From Vermamoeba vermiformis (taxonomy: Eukaryota), in assembly GCA_045837725.1 (NCBI GenBank), contig JBEWZL010000260.1, positions 372,001-436,000 of the forward strand: 64,000 nucleotides of DNA, given 5' to 3'. The first letter of the stretch is position 1. Every line of letters begins with the position of its first letter. The notes beneath the pieces were generated by a model that had not been told where the DNA came from, made no database searches, and was given only the letters and a program-made list of their open reading frames with translations. The translations under genes were made by a program, and so were the position numbers. Positions 12,246-24,437 of this stretch are shown here, piece by piece.

Positions 12246-15200
12246 ATGTCCCAGTCAGATTCTGGACAAGACCAAGTTGTTGAAACAGACCCTACTGGTC
12301 GTTATGTTAGGGTAAGCTAGTCGTTTTTATTCTTGGATTGCTACGAAGCAATCGAAATGGCTTTGTACAATCGATAGTATGCACGAATTGGACAAAATGT
12401 GTTCGTATATAATTTATTAGGGATATAATTTAAATATTCAGAGCAAATCCCGTTACACAAACGGTTTTTTTTGATCACTAATTTCGATCGAAGGACTATT
12501 CATTAAATTATTAAAGACTTCGATATAAAATCATAATATACTACTCAATTATAGCATATTGCACGATACAAAGCCAAATTTCAAGATAATTGCATGATTG
12601 CGCCTCGTTAATGAAAAATTATTTTTGTTTGTAATTTCTGACTGTAATTTCATTTACTATTCTCTATATTATTCTTTTATACTAATACCTATGCGTTAAA
12701 TAGGGAAATGATGAACTTGGCCGTGGCGCTTCGAAGATCGTCTATCGAGCCATTGATCGTGATCGAGGACTCGAAGTAGCATGGAATCAAATCAAGTTAT
12801 CACGTTCCGTGGATCTTGACAAGCTCTACAAAGAGATCCAATTGCTACAATCGCTCAATCACCCTAATATTATCATTTTCTACCACTCTTGGGTCGACGA
12901 AGAAAAATTGCAATTAAATTTCATTACAGAGTGCATGACCTCAGGCACTTTAAGGCAGTAAGTACTCTTATTCTTTAATATAATTCTCAAATTTCTGTAA
13001 TTATAGTACTAAAATTAAATTGGTCCCGATAGGGAATTGCAATTTTTTTGCAAGACCTGAACTTTTTTTGCCCAAAAGTTTACCAAAGCGAATTTTCGAT
13101 ACAACTTTTAGCTTGGCGTGGAATTATTCGGTGTTGCAATCATATTAATCATGTTCCGTGCGTAGGTTTATTCGAAAGGCGACAAAAGTGAAGCTGCGCG
13201 TAATCAAAAATTGGTGCATTCAAATTCTAGAAGGCCTCAATTATTTGCACACGCGTCCCTCTCCCATTATTCATCGTGATATTAAGTGCGACAATATCTT
13301 CATTAATGGCACGCTCGGCGAAGTCAAAATCGGAGATTTGGGCTTAGCTACCATTGCTACAGTTCAAGCCCCGCTCAGTATCATTGGTACACCCGAGTTT
13401 ATGGCTCCAGAGTTCTACGAAGAGAAATACAACGAAAAAGTCGATATTTGGGCTTTTGGCATGGCAGTCTTAGAGATGGTCACGCTAGAATATCCTTATA
13501 GCGAATGCTCGAACCCAGCATCAATTTTCAAGAAAGTTTCTTCGGTAAGAAAATTTCATTTTTTCGAAGTGCTAGCACGAGCGTAGGTATTAAAGTACTT
13601 CTTATAGGGCCAAAGACCTCGCGCACTCGCTAGAATCAAAGACCCTGAAGTGTTTCAGTTCCTGTTGGACTGTTTAACAAACCCTCGTGACAGAAAGTCA
13701 GCCGCACAATTGCTTCGACACCCGTTCCTGACCTGCAGTGATGACGACAAGAATGACAGATTGTTGGACATGCGATCTGACGAAGAGATTGACGCCTGGC
13801 TTGCTCAACAAGATCCTGCAGTTATGACCTTTGATCCTACAATTACAGCTACCGACATAGCTCCAATGAGCCCTTCATCGGATGACGACAAAACTTCAGC
13901 CAACTTCTTGGTCACACCAAAGCAATCAGGGTCCTCGGGTTCCTCGCGCCCTGTGTCTATGACTAAGCCAATGTCACCGCCTCTTCGAGGAAACAACTCG
14001 TCTTCTGGAATTGATTCTGAATACAGTGACAACGATTTGACATCAGACGATGACTTCAACAGCTCTGCGGATTTGGATATCAGAGCGTCGCGTAGCCGAA
14101 CAGTCAGCAGGACTGGTAGCAGAGGCGAGAGTCCCGTGCCAATCACAGCCTACGATGATGAGTTCGACGATATTCCGTCAAGAAAGACAAGCAATCAAAG
14201 TGTTGGCTCTGGCACCTCTGAAAAGAAGGAAACCAAACGCACGCGCTTCATTAGCCGAAGTCAGAATCCTAATCTGCCAAGCTTGAATCCTGCTACAGCA
14301 GTTCTGTCCACTAGTGGGCCTCCATCACGGCTTTTGGATACATACTTAGAGGACTCTGACGATGACCTCTCGTTGGACACACTTCAGCCCGAGTCTGAAG
14401 ACAGCTTGGCCAAGAAGCGTCAAGCTAACTTACGCAGACAGACTTCTCAACCTGTCATTCCTCGGTTCAAGACCGAAGTCAGAAACAACATTGACGACGC
14501 CGCTTCCGACATGGGAGACGACGACAAGAAGCAAGAAGCGATGTTCACTATTCCCATGAAGCTCAGATTAACAACACCCGAGAAGACTATTGATATCGAA
14601 TTCGAGTTCCACTTGCTCACTGATACTGCTACTGGAGTCGCTATCGAATTGATCCACGAGCTCGGTCTGCCAGAACAACACACTAACAAGGTATCTAGCT
14701 ACATTCAGAACCGTGTTGATGAGTGGGTTCGCAAACAAGCGAGCGTCAAGCGTGCACTTGGCGAAGGCACAATCAAGCGTCATTTCCGCAAGACTTCCAA
14801 GACAGATTTCCATATTACAGCCTCGCCCTCAAGGCCAAACATCGCTCTGGATAGCGCTGCTCGCAACCCTGCTGTACCCGAAGAGCCTACTGGCAGCGCT
14901 GAATCTGGCACAGCCGCCTCACCGGAACACGAGCTCACGACGCGTGAAAAGCATTTGAGTGCTGGCCTTGCTCAGGTTCTTACACCTCGCATGACTCACA
15001 TTGACGATAAGGCTCTCAAGCGCATGTCCGTCCAAGTAGTTGGTTCTATCGCCCCTCTCGAAGTCAGTGGCCAAATCGCAGAAGAATTGAAATCAAAGCA
15101 CGACAGCGAGCGAAAGGTTTTAGAAGGTCAAATCCAAGCATTATTAGAGCGACAAAACTACGAACTTCAAGAGCTAGAACGCAAGAAACAGCGCAGGTCA

Positions 15201-16952
15201 GTCATGCTGGAAGGTGATCGCAGGTTTGAAGGCCTCTTCACTTCACCTGAGATGTACGAAGCCTTGAACGGCATGAACTTGCCTAACTCCCCGCCGATGA
15301 TGCTTCCTTCCACGTCGTTTTCTGGCCAAGGCACTGGTAACGGTGGCAGTCACGTCGGATCTCCTGATACTTCAAGATCCGCGTTCCACACGTACATGAA
15401 TTCTAATCAAGGAATGGCACCTACCTCGATGCCCGTTCAAGCCACGCAAGCAGGCATGGTTTTGCAACCTCAAGTCAACATTCCTCAACAGCCTATGGTT
15501 ATGGGACAACCGACTTCGATGCCTGTTTTGCCAACTTCAGTACCTGGATCTGGCCTTAACACACCCGAGCTTCGTGGCTCGAACCCGGCTGGCGGACAGC
15601 TTTCCATCCAGTCTATGCCTGTTATTGCGCAGCCAATTGCACAGCCCGTCATTCAGCCTGGCATGATCCAACAACCCATTATCAACCAACCTCTACCTGT
15701 ACAGACACCTATGACAATACCTCAACAACCCGTTATCGATCAAAATCTATTGGCCCAACAGCTGATGGGACTTCCTTACCATTCAGCAGGCGAAGGTTCT
15801 CGGCGGTCGTCTGCAGTGATTCAACCAGGAATGCTCATGACTCCTGGTGGAATGATGCAATCCAACAGTCAGACTTATGTTCAACAACCGACTCAACAGC
15901 CTGTGCAAGTGCAACAACCTGTACAAGTGCCCCAACAAGTTGTTGATCCGAACCAGGCCCAACAGTTTGCCACGCAACAGTACACACAGCAAGTAACTCA
16001 GCAACCCGTGCAAGTGCAACAACCTGTACAAGTGCCTCAGCAAGTTGTGGACCCCAATCAAGCACAACAGTACACCGGTCAACAAGTCGTTCAGCAGCCG
16101 CAACCTCAAGTGCAGCTCGATCAGAACTTGCTCAATGCTTTGTTCTTGGCACCTCAATTACAATTGCAACAGCAAGTTACTCTGCCCAACGGCACGACGA
16201 TCCCGTTGCAAACCTTGTTGCAGCTCTATCCTCAGTTGCTTCAACTCGGTGTTCCTCAGCAACAACCGATGATGATGCAACAGCCCTTGCAAGTTGCGCA
16301 ATTGCAACAACAGCTGGCTCAACTTCAGTTGCAACAGCAGAACCCTCAATTGCAACAACTCCAACAATTGCAGCAACAACAATTGCTTCAACAACAACAG
16401 CTGTTGGCTGCTGGTGTCTCGATGCAACCCCACGTCAGCATGCCGTCACACTTCGTGCCTCAGCCTGTCGTGACTGCTCCTCCCAACCCTCAAGTCGTGC
16501 AAACAATGCCCAATATATCAGTTGTGCAGCCTACTGGTGTTCCTCAGTTGTCCGTGCAGTCTCCTCAAGTCTCTGCCTCCGCTCCCGTGACTCCAGTCAA
16601 CAGCACAACCCCGATGAGCACCAACAATACGAGCGCTGTTATGACCAACCCAACACCCGATTCTAAAGCTCCTTTGGTTCCTATTGAGACCCCTCTCAAG
16701 AACCAAGTCATGAAGAATCTCGTGACGCCGTTCTTCCCGAGCGACAGGCTCTCGTACTTGAACGATATTGGCGCCAGTGGCCTTGTTTCGCCGCGTGTGA
16801 CAACGGATAGAAACTCGCTGACGGATAGATCCCATCAACAATCTACTACGACTACTTACGTTGTTGAAACTACGCAATCTGATCTGCCCAACGGTCACTC
16901 CATGGATCATCCGCAACAGTCTGAAATCCAGGCTTTAGGCCCTCAGTCGTAA
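12246..16952 (+). CDS. WNK: WNK (With-No-lysine K) Ser/Thr kinase with CCT/PF2-like domain, coiled coil and long Q/P-rich disordered tail
   Basis: [10 protein letters not shown]|..[10 protein letters not shown] (Lys in subdomain I), [77 protein letters not shown] is CCT-like. Confidence 0.93.
15891..16070 (+). repeat. Intragenic 75-nt direct repeat (2 copies, 105-nt period) encoding [25 protein letters not shown]
   Basis: Copies 15891-15965 and 15996-16070 encode an identical peptide and differ at 11 synonymous positions. Confidence 0.9.
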
Positions 16953-17424
16953 GCCAACGTAGATCCTTCCAATTTTTCTCCACCTTGTACATTTTTATCA
17001 CTGGTTATATTTGCGAAATCTTGTTTTAAATATTGATAGACGTGCTAATCGAAAATTATTCAATAATGATATTCGTTATCCGTTAACGTTTGTAGCGTGT
17101 TCGGATACTCACGCGATTAGCACGATGTTCTATTGTCTTAATCTGTTGTTACATGTATAATACCAATAAATTTTGATTGATAGCAGATCCGCTTCCTCCT
17201 GTTAGAAACGAACAGATCTAGAATTCCACTTTGCGCACTCCAAAAATCAACGAACGATCGGTGACGTGTCAAGAATTCGCTTCGTTTTTGCAATTCTATC
17301 TTGCCGTTTTCGATTTTCAAGTTGATGGGAACGAAAATCTGGCACGTGGAGATAACGACTTTAAATAGCAATTGTTGTTCATTGTCAGTTAGACAATAAT
17401 CGACAACACCAAACAGACAAAAGC

Positions 17425-19884
17425 ATGGGCAACGTAGGAGAAGCCACTAAGAACAAGTTTTTGGAGCCTTTGCAACGTAACGATGTTGTCACTTTCTACA
17501 ACAACTTCCATCCGGATCTCAAAGCTCGATTTGAGCTTCCAGTGCTTGCCCAGTTTGTGCACGCATTGAACGAAAGCCTCGGAGCATTCGTTAAAGCGGA
17601 TCCGATGAACATTGAGAAAGCTGTTGGCTGGTCATCTGATAAGGGCAAAAGCAAAACTCAGTAAGTTATTCCTTAAAATTGATATTATACTTATATGTGT
17701 ATTAGCATATTAGTTTCATAATTTGAACGCTCGTAATTAATTAAATTTATAGAGGAGGAAAGCTCATCTTCGAAAAAGGAACTTTAGAATATTCAGTAAC
17801 CTTTGGAGCGGACGAGCAAATTACTGCATTTAGACTCTTTTCTCCCAACCTCGATCAAGTTTGGCTCAAGCGAATTGAGACAGCAACTTATGTGGAGCGT
17901 TCTTTGCGCGTGATCGACGCCTTTTACCATGATGACCACGCAACCGTGTCTGCAGAGCTCCATCCTAACTTACGTCGTATTGCGCCTACTGCAAGTAAGT
18001 GATGATTTTATTTTCTAAAGATAAGATATCTTACGTTGCTAAATTCGATCCAGCTTTGAAAGCGATGATTGCCCATGAACTGCACCGCGACGAGCTCGGA
18101 GGATTTATTTCGACTGCACCTGATAACATTCCTGCGATCCAAGACACCCAGTACGACGAATGTAAGTTTTAAATTTAAAGAAAACGGTTTTATAATTATT
18201 TATTTTTAGCTGATCACGAATCCAAATTGATTCTTCAGTTCCGTGTTGAACGTGAAAACGCCGTTATGAGCGGTACCGTTAAGTGGGTCTTCCAATCTAT
18301 GGTTGGTAAGTAAAATCAAGGCACTGAGATAACGGAAAAATTTGCTGACAACATAACTTATTTAGGCACTATCATCGCCTTCGAATTTGGTAAAAATGTT
18401 ATCTCAATGAAGCACGAGCCTAAGGAAGGTGAAGGTAAGCGAATAGCTCACGTCTTCTACGTTAGATCGAGCGCTAATCCGATCGGATTCAGGTAAAAAG
18501 TTGTCCAAGGATGCACTTCAAGCCGTCGTTGATAAGAATACCGTCAAATTCGTCGATCTTACGATGAAGAGTCTGCGAGACAAGACTGATCCGAACGTTC
18601 TGTCGCACTTGTTTACTCGTAACTTCCCTGGCAATCCTACCGGTAAGATCCATCCGATCGATCGATTTGAGCCGATATTAACTATCAATGGTAACTAGAA
18701 TCCGTCGATGAGTCCTTAGCCAAGGCCTCTGAGACATTTGAAAACGCACCAAACGGCTTCAAAATGGTCAGTGTCACTGGTACCTTGGCGTACGAGCAGT
18801 TCAAGTTGCAGTACAAATTCTCTTGGCTCAGTGGCAAAATCTACGAGTTCAACGTGTCCCCTGACTCTACTGCTCATATCAAGGAAGACCTCGAGTCTGT
18901 GGCTAAGATCATTGAAAACAAGTCCAAGCTCTTCATTGTCAAGATCATCGAGATGAGCAAGATTGCTGAAGCAAGGTACGTGCCTTGTGATGCGTTATCA
19001 TTAATTATCCGATCTTAATCTATTGGCTGTTAGAGCATTGATCAGCCCCGCAGTCTTGCAGCAACAAATTCAACACTTGGACAAGACTCAAGTGCACATC
19101 CGTGAAAAGATCAAGCCCAAGAACCTCGAAGAAGTCACCTTCAATATTCACGTTACGACAAGCAACGACCCCGTTTGGAAAGTTCCCGTCAAGTTCGCCC
19201 TGGGCAAAGACAGTTTCTCGGGCTGGATTGATTGGCAATTGGACCCTCTCCAAGGCGGTTACATCACTAACTGGGATATAATGAGCGATGCTATGATTGG
19301 TAAGACAAGCCTTATTTACTACAGCGAGGCTAACTGGTGTGTTTGCAGAGTGGCAGAAGTACAACGAAATCAGAGCTCCTTTGTGGGAAGCGTTGCAAAA
19401 GCACGGCTTGAGAGTGTTCTTCGAGAAGGCAGTCAACCTCGAAGCCGCAGACAGCAACGGCTTCTCTGATCCTTATGTCGTCTTGTCGCTTCACTCACAG
19501 ACTGACAAGCGATCTGCTAAAGCGAAGAGCAAGATCATTAAGAAGTAAGTGCCGGCGACATTAATTTTTTATGCAGGCAGCAGTAATTAATTATCCGTAA
19601 TTAGGAACTTGAACCCTGTATGGAACGAAATGTTGACACTTAATGCTGGTGTCAATGTCAAAGGCGCCGTGTTCCTTGCTTCAGATATTATCAAGGTTGA
19701 AGTGTGGGACAAGGACAAGATCATTGACGACTTTTTGGGTCAGATCCACTGGACCTTGAGCGAGATCCTCACCTTGGTTGTCGAGAAGGGCGAGGTCATC
19801 ATGCCTTTTGCATTGAAGGATAAGAAGGACGGCAATAAGGCTCAAGGAGAGGTCTACTTGAAGTTCGTATTCAACTCCGAGTAA
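17425..19884 (+). CDS. Multi-repeat (NTF2-like/DUF3887-like, tentative) protein with C-terminal Ca2+-type C2 domain, copy A
   Basis: Ten-exon model. C2 motifs are VFFEKAVNLEAADSNGFSDPYVVL, NLNPVWNE and VEVWDKDKIIDDFLGQ. Confidence 0.8.
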
Positions 19885-20218
19885 GAAATTTTTTTGGTAC
19901 GGATTCGGAACTATTTATTTTTAAATTATTCGAGCGTGTTATATTATGAATTAAATCCTTTAGATCACAAAATACTACGAATAGGCATTCTTTTGCTATA
20001 CACTATCGGTACACTGTTGCCTTTTGCAGTGCTTATGAATTCCACTTTCAAAATTACGCAATCTGTGACACAAATTCAATCAGGCCGGGTCGCGTGTTTT
20101 AATTGACACAGATGTGACATGCCAGCTATAAATTTGGAATTCGAGCTGCCACCATTAACTCAAATATCTTCGGCTTCAACCACTCAACGTTTGTCGTAAT
20201 CGGATCAGATCCTAAGCA

Positions 20219-22611
20219 ATGGGCAATATCTCCGAGACCGCTAAGAACAAGTTCTTATTGCCGTTACAAAAAAACGACGTGCCCTCTGTCTACCAAATCT
20301 TCCATCCGGAGCTCAAAACCAAGTTCGAACTGCCCCTGTTGATCCACTTTGTCCGTGCGATCAACAAAGCGCTTGGTCCTTTTGTAAGACTAAAGAGACT
20401 ATCAGATAAGCCAGCTGGTTCGTACGTCGTACAAGGCAAAACGAAATCTCAGTAAGTTAGATGCGTATCGAAATTCAATTGGGGTGATCAAAACTTTTTG
20501 TTTGGTCATTGTAATAATTGTTCTATGTACTAATATAAATTAATGATTGATTGCTAATTAATCCAATCAGATCTGGAGAACTTGAATTCGCTAATGGAAC
20601 TCTCGAATTCTCTGTTACTTTCGGTCCTGACGACGTGATTATGGCATTTTTCTTATACTCTGCCAAAACTCCTACCGCATTTGTTAAGGAAATCGAGACG
20701 GCAAGTTATGTCGAGAGATCTCAAGCGGTAATTCAAGCCTTTTACTCTGGTAACCCCTCTGGAGTTTTTCCTCACTTCCATGTTGGTCTTCGTAGCAAAG
20801 TAGGCGAGGATGGTAAGTCTATTGATTTGCGCGACGTTGCGGAAGATCTGATCGGCTTTGCAAGATCTACAGCAAATGATCAACGAAGAGCTCAACCGAT
20901 CAGAACTCGGAAAATTCATTTCCGTAACCCCAGATAATATCCCCGAAGTGGCATCAACATCTGAAAGTAAGTGGCAAGTATAGTACACCCAACAGATCAT
21001 AATTTTCTTCGGTAGAGGAGGGAATCTCCCGATTGGTGATGAACTTCAAAATCGAACGTGAATTTGCAACTGGTCGAGGAACGATTACTTGGGTGTTCCC
21101 ATCCCCGATGAAAGGTAGCAGCCAAAAATGGAATTGTTTCAGATCTGACCTCTTGTTGACAGGCGAAATCATTGGCTTTGATTTCTGCTCTACTATCTTG
21201 TCGGTCAAAAAAGATACCCAGTGGGGTGATGGTAAAAAATGATCGCTTTATAGTGACAAGATCATATCTAATGGTGTGACATAGGTCTGAAGATGGCCTC
21301 CGAGGCACTCGAACAAGTTGTGCATTTCGAAACGGACAAGTTTGTCGCAACTATGCACAGCAGTTTAAAGGATATAATAGACCCTACTGTCCTTCAAATG
21401 CAATTCAAGCGATTTTTTTCGAACGGCGGGTCTATGACTGGTACGAAAAAAATGACACGTGTCAAACAAGATTAGCTGCTAACAACGTACGCAGAAACTA
21501 TCGAGGAATCTTTGAAAAAAGCAACTGAAACTCTAGAGATCATGGCCAACAACATGAAGTCAGTGGAAGTCGACGGTCGTTTGGCTTACGAGAAGTTCAA
21601 TATGTTGTACGAGTTCAGGTGGATCTCTGGCATCTTGGTTCAGTTCAATGTCAAGCCTGATTCCGCAACGCATATCATTGAAGTAGACCCCGCCGTTGTG
21701 AAAGAAGCACTCGTTGCCAAAACGAAGAAATGTTTGCTCGGTCTTCTTCAAACAAGCAAACTCCAGGATGCTAAGTACGCCAAAAAACAAAGCATGAACT
21801 TTAAATAGCTCAGTACTTAACGTTGAATTAGGGATCTTGTTGACTCGAGTTTGACTTCCGAGCTTAACTCAGCTCATAAACAATTGAGCGAGCAGTTCCG
21901 CTCATCGTCTCCCGACCAAATCAAGTTCGACATCCAAGTCGGCGATAAGAACGCAGAAGACATTTGTCGTGCTCAAGTCTCGCTCTCTGCTGGCGCTACA
22001 GAGACTACTTTAAGCTGCTGGTTTGATTGGAAATTGAATCCGTTGAAGTACTCGGTGGTTGGTTGGGACTTCAAGACCGGCAAAGAAATGGGTAGGATCG
22101 ATCCTCACGTGCCATATTTGGAAATGCCATTAAGATGCGATTTATTTTAGAGCAAGAGAAGTACCGCGCCCTTCGTAAACCGTTTCTGAATGCATTGAAA
22201 AAGAACGGCGTTCGCGTCTTTGTAGAAAAAGCCACCAATCTAGCAGCAGCAGATAGCAACGGATTTTCAGACCCTTACGTAGTATTGTCACTATGCGACA
22301 GCGCTATGGACAAGCAGTACTGCAAAGCCAAGAGCAAAGTGATCAAAAAGAACTTGAACCCTGTCTGGGAAGAACTGTTAGTCGTCACGAAAAGTAGCTA
22401 CAATCCTGATAAAGTGGTTAAAGTCGAAGTGTGGGACAAGGACAAGATCACCGATGACTTTTTGGGTCAGATCCACTGGACTTTGAGCGAGATCCTCACT
22501 TTGGTCGTCGAGAAGGGCGAGGTCATCATGCCTTTTGCATTGAAGGATAAGAAGGACGGCAATAAGGCTCAAGGAGAGATCTACTTGAAGTTCGTATTCA
22601 CCTCTGAATAA
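20219..22611 (+). CDS. Multi-repeat protein with C-terminal C2 domain, copy B (tandem paralog)
   Basis: MGNISETAKNKFLLPLQKND vs MGNVGEATKNKFLEPLQRND. Intron positions are shared except the last; C2 motifs are conserved. Confidence 0.8.
21447..21469. promoter_or_regulatory. 23-bp intronic element AAAAAATGACACGTGTCAAACAA, identical copy at 24866-24888
   Basis: Exact match in introns of two unrelated genes, with a 12-bp palindromic core TGACACGTGTCA. Confidence 0.5.
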
Positions 22612-22814
22612 GCAATGTTTTTGGTACGGATTCGGAACTATTTATGTTAATTATTGGCACATAAGGATCACTTAAGGTGCAGTTGTAGTACTACATAAAA
22701 AAATATTTATCTTCGATTGGAATTCCATAGTCGTCGAACAGGTTGCATATTAGCTTCCAGAACGGCATCTTAATCTTTTAAGGCCGTTTGAATTCAGACG
22801 AGCGTTTCTGTGAT

Positions 22815-23996
22815 TTAATGCCACTGGCAGCGGTATTCGTTTTCTGTGCCAGGGCTAATTGTAAAGGACAGTTCACGATAGCCGTCCGTGCCTTCAAAAT
22901 GAACGTATTGCAGATTGGGAGGAAGATTTTGCACCAGTTGTTGAATGGCGTTTGGATCCATAGTCATCCCTAGTTAAATCACCGTAAGTTACTTTGTTTT
23001 ACCCTTAGAGCTAAGAAAAAACCTGCCTTTGTGCGTGTAGTTCTTAATCTTCTCGAGAATGCGCAGGATCGTGTCGTTATCTACTTTATACAACTGATGA
23101 AAAGTGAATGAATCGAGTGGTCTTCGGTCCAATATTGCGTCGAGAAGTTGGAGCGTTAAGTCGTAAAATCCGAGTTCCAAGATCTGGAGCTGTTGCAACG
23201 AGGCAAGAAGTTGGCTCAACAGCTGTGAACTGATATTGGAATTGTTCACTAATCGCAGCTCTTGCAATTTAGTCATATTTTTAATGTTCTCCAGTGCTTC
23301 TGGTTTAATTTTGCGGCACTGTCTCAATGACAAGATCTCGAGTTTCTTCAACTGCGACAGAGACGAGTTGTCGAGCAGCACTTGACAGCTGTCAATGCGA
23401 AGCTCGCGCAAGGTTGAGCCATATAAGTTGCAAATCTTGGACACAACGCGGTCATTGATCGCAGTGTACGACAGATTCAGTCGACGGATGCGCGGCAGTT
23501 GATCCAACACACGGACCATTTCAGGGCTGTTGACTTGAGTGCCTGACAAATTGAGGTCCGTGAGACCTGGCACTGCGGACAATGCGTCGATAATAGTGGC
23601 TGTCGGGATTAGTTCGCAGTTGGACAGATCCACTCGCTTCAAGCTACCAAGCCGTTTAGCGAGTGAATAGAGCATTTGACCGTCGAATTTTTCTTTAGGA
23701 AACATGCGCCAGTTGAATGACGTAAAGATGGTCCAGTACGTGGCGTTCCATCCGCGGCAAACCGTTCGCACTCTATGAACGATTTAATCAAACGGCTAAA
23801 ATTTTTAGTATTTAAATTCTATTATGCTTGTAACTTACGCCATTAAATCAATTTTATCAAATCGGTCGAACAAAATATATACTACGTCAATGGGCAAATC
23901 CAAAAAATCGATCGTGCCCTCGTTCATTCCGTAATAGGAGCCGATCTCATATTCAACGGTATCTTCCACCTCCGTTTGCTCAATTTTCTCATCCAT
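22815..23996 (-). CDS. F-box/LRR protein (FBXL-like)
   Basis: Exon 1 FLDLPIDVVYILF..DLMA|VRTVCRGWN is an F-box. LRRs follow (LKRVDLSNC, LTDLNLSGT, IRRLNLSYT, LRELRIDSC). The last exon and stop are tentative. Confidence 0.8.
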
Positions 23997-24437
23997 TAGT
24001 AAGCAATTGTGGTGGACAGACAGTGGCCTTGAATTTAAACCGGTTGTATTTGTGACACAATCTTCGAAAACAACCAGGCAAGGCAGAAAAATCTAAGAAA
24101 GACAATACATTATGCTAATGTTCGTGCAATACACGAGAATCAATTCCGCAAATGGCTCGGTGTTCGGGATGTCAACTTTTAATTTCTCGGTCAAAATTTG
24201 CTGCGGTATTATTGCCTTGGCGTTACAAATCTATACTACATGTAAATACTACTTACACTGATTTTTCTATTGCATTTAAAGCTTTTTAGAACATTATTTG
24301 GTTTTATGGTTCCCTTGTGTAATTTCGCTTTTATACCATCCAGTTTTTAAAGCAATAGAATAATAGGATCGAAGGGCATGATAATAATAATTATAAGGGC
24401 ACAGATGTAAACGAGAAATATGTATTTACATCAGTAT

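Noticed and set aside
13805-16916. Numerous antisense and alternate-frame ORFs over WNK and other genes
   Set aside because: These are shadows of biased codon usage in real coding exons and have no protein-like motifs.
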